From positions 1 to 5,795 of the forward strand of contig NW_021829858.1 of NCBI RefSeq assembly GCF_006345805.1: a stretch of 5,795 bases of DNA, given 5' to 3'. Below, one piece after another: positions 5,366 through 5,795 of this stretch (the stretch's first letter is position 1; each line of letters begins with the position of its first letter). This DNA is from Octopus sinensis. Its lineage: Eukaryota. Position numbers and translations under genes: made by a program. The notes under the pieces were generated by a model, which worked only from the letters and a program-made list of their open reading frames with translations, was not told where the DNA came from and ran no database searches.

Positions 5366-5795
5366 AAAGGTCTTGCAGATAAATTGAGACAATTTTTTAC
5401 GATGTATAAACACTGGTTACAAATACTAAAATAATTCTAATGTAATATTTATTAGAACAAAAACACTTATTACTCAATATGGCCGCCTTTTTGAGCAATT
5501 GTTGCCTTCTTACGCGAACGAAATTTGTTTGCAGTTGCCGCAACCGTCGCCTTTCTGATTTTGCGTGTCGTACGCACGATGCAATCCTTCACACTGTTAA
5601 CACTCAGGCGTGGTAAAACATTTGTTCTTGTTTGAAGTACACCCCACAAACAGTAATCGAGTAGGTTGAGATCTGGGCTATTACTGGGCCAGATGCTGGT
5701 CCTCACAAAAATCCTTGAGAGGACGTTGGTGTTACCTTGGTGGAGGTTCGTGTTCTCTGAGTGCTCTTGTTCTTCTTACATTGATTGTCAAAACT
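5366..5795 (-). mobile_element. 3' end of a Tc1/mariner-superfamily DNA transposon (continues beyond the window)
   Basis: Transposase C-terminus, tandem TAA TAA stops (5472-5467), AATAAA on the minus strand (5453-5448), then ~100 nt to a TA dinucleotide (5364-5365) next to AAAGGTCTTGCAGATAAATTGAGAC, the putative terminal inverted repeat (TIR). The partner TIR is not in the window, so the terminus is inferred. Confidence 0.7.
5470..5706 (-). pseudogene. Tc1/mariner transposase C-terminal fragment, maT (DD37D, Bmmar1-like) type
   Basis: WPSNSPDLNLLDYCLWGVL (W 5691, third catalytic D 5658-5656) and terminal F.SR.KA.IAQKGGHIE* match the WPxxSPDLNPLDY...GGHFE end of D-type Tc1/mariner transposases. 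Upstream sequence has in-frame stops and no clean second-aspartate motif, so the copy is degenerate. Confidence 0.88.

Overview
Eukaryotic, repeat-dense, non-coding (probably intronic) DNA with no intact gene. The repeat families look like the tRNA-derived SINEs and microsatellites of octopus; this is from my recollection of those families, not a database search. Contents: (i) five copies or fragments of one tRNA-head SINE family in both orientations, one of which carries a different, RTE-like 3' tail; (ii) a dimeric fragment of a second SINE family fused to a tail of the first; (iii) a decayed GIY-YIG endonuclease of Penelope-like-element (PLE) type at ~2474-2826 (-), which the ORF track misses; (iv) a ~230-bp element nested in a SINE's internal microsatellite that carries a complete minimal type I hammerhead ribozyme fold with an atypical core (3462-3497, -); (v) a canonical-looking 35-nt candidate micro-exon (4100-4134, +); (vi) the C-terminal end of a Tc1/mariner (maT-like) transposase with its probable terminus; (vii) many microsatellites. 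Nearly all ORFs in the track are artefacts of these repeats.
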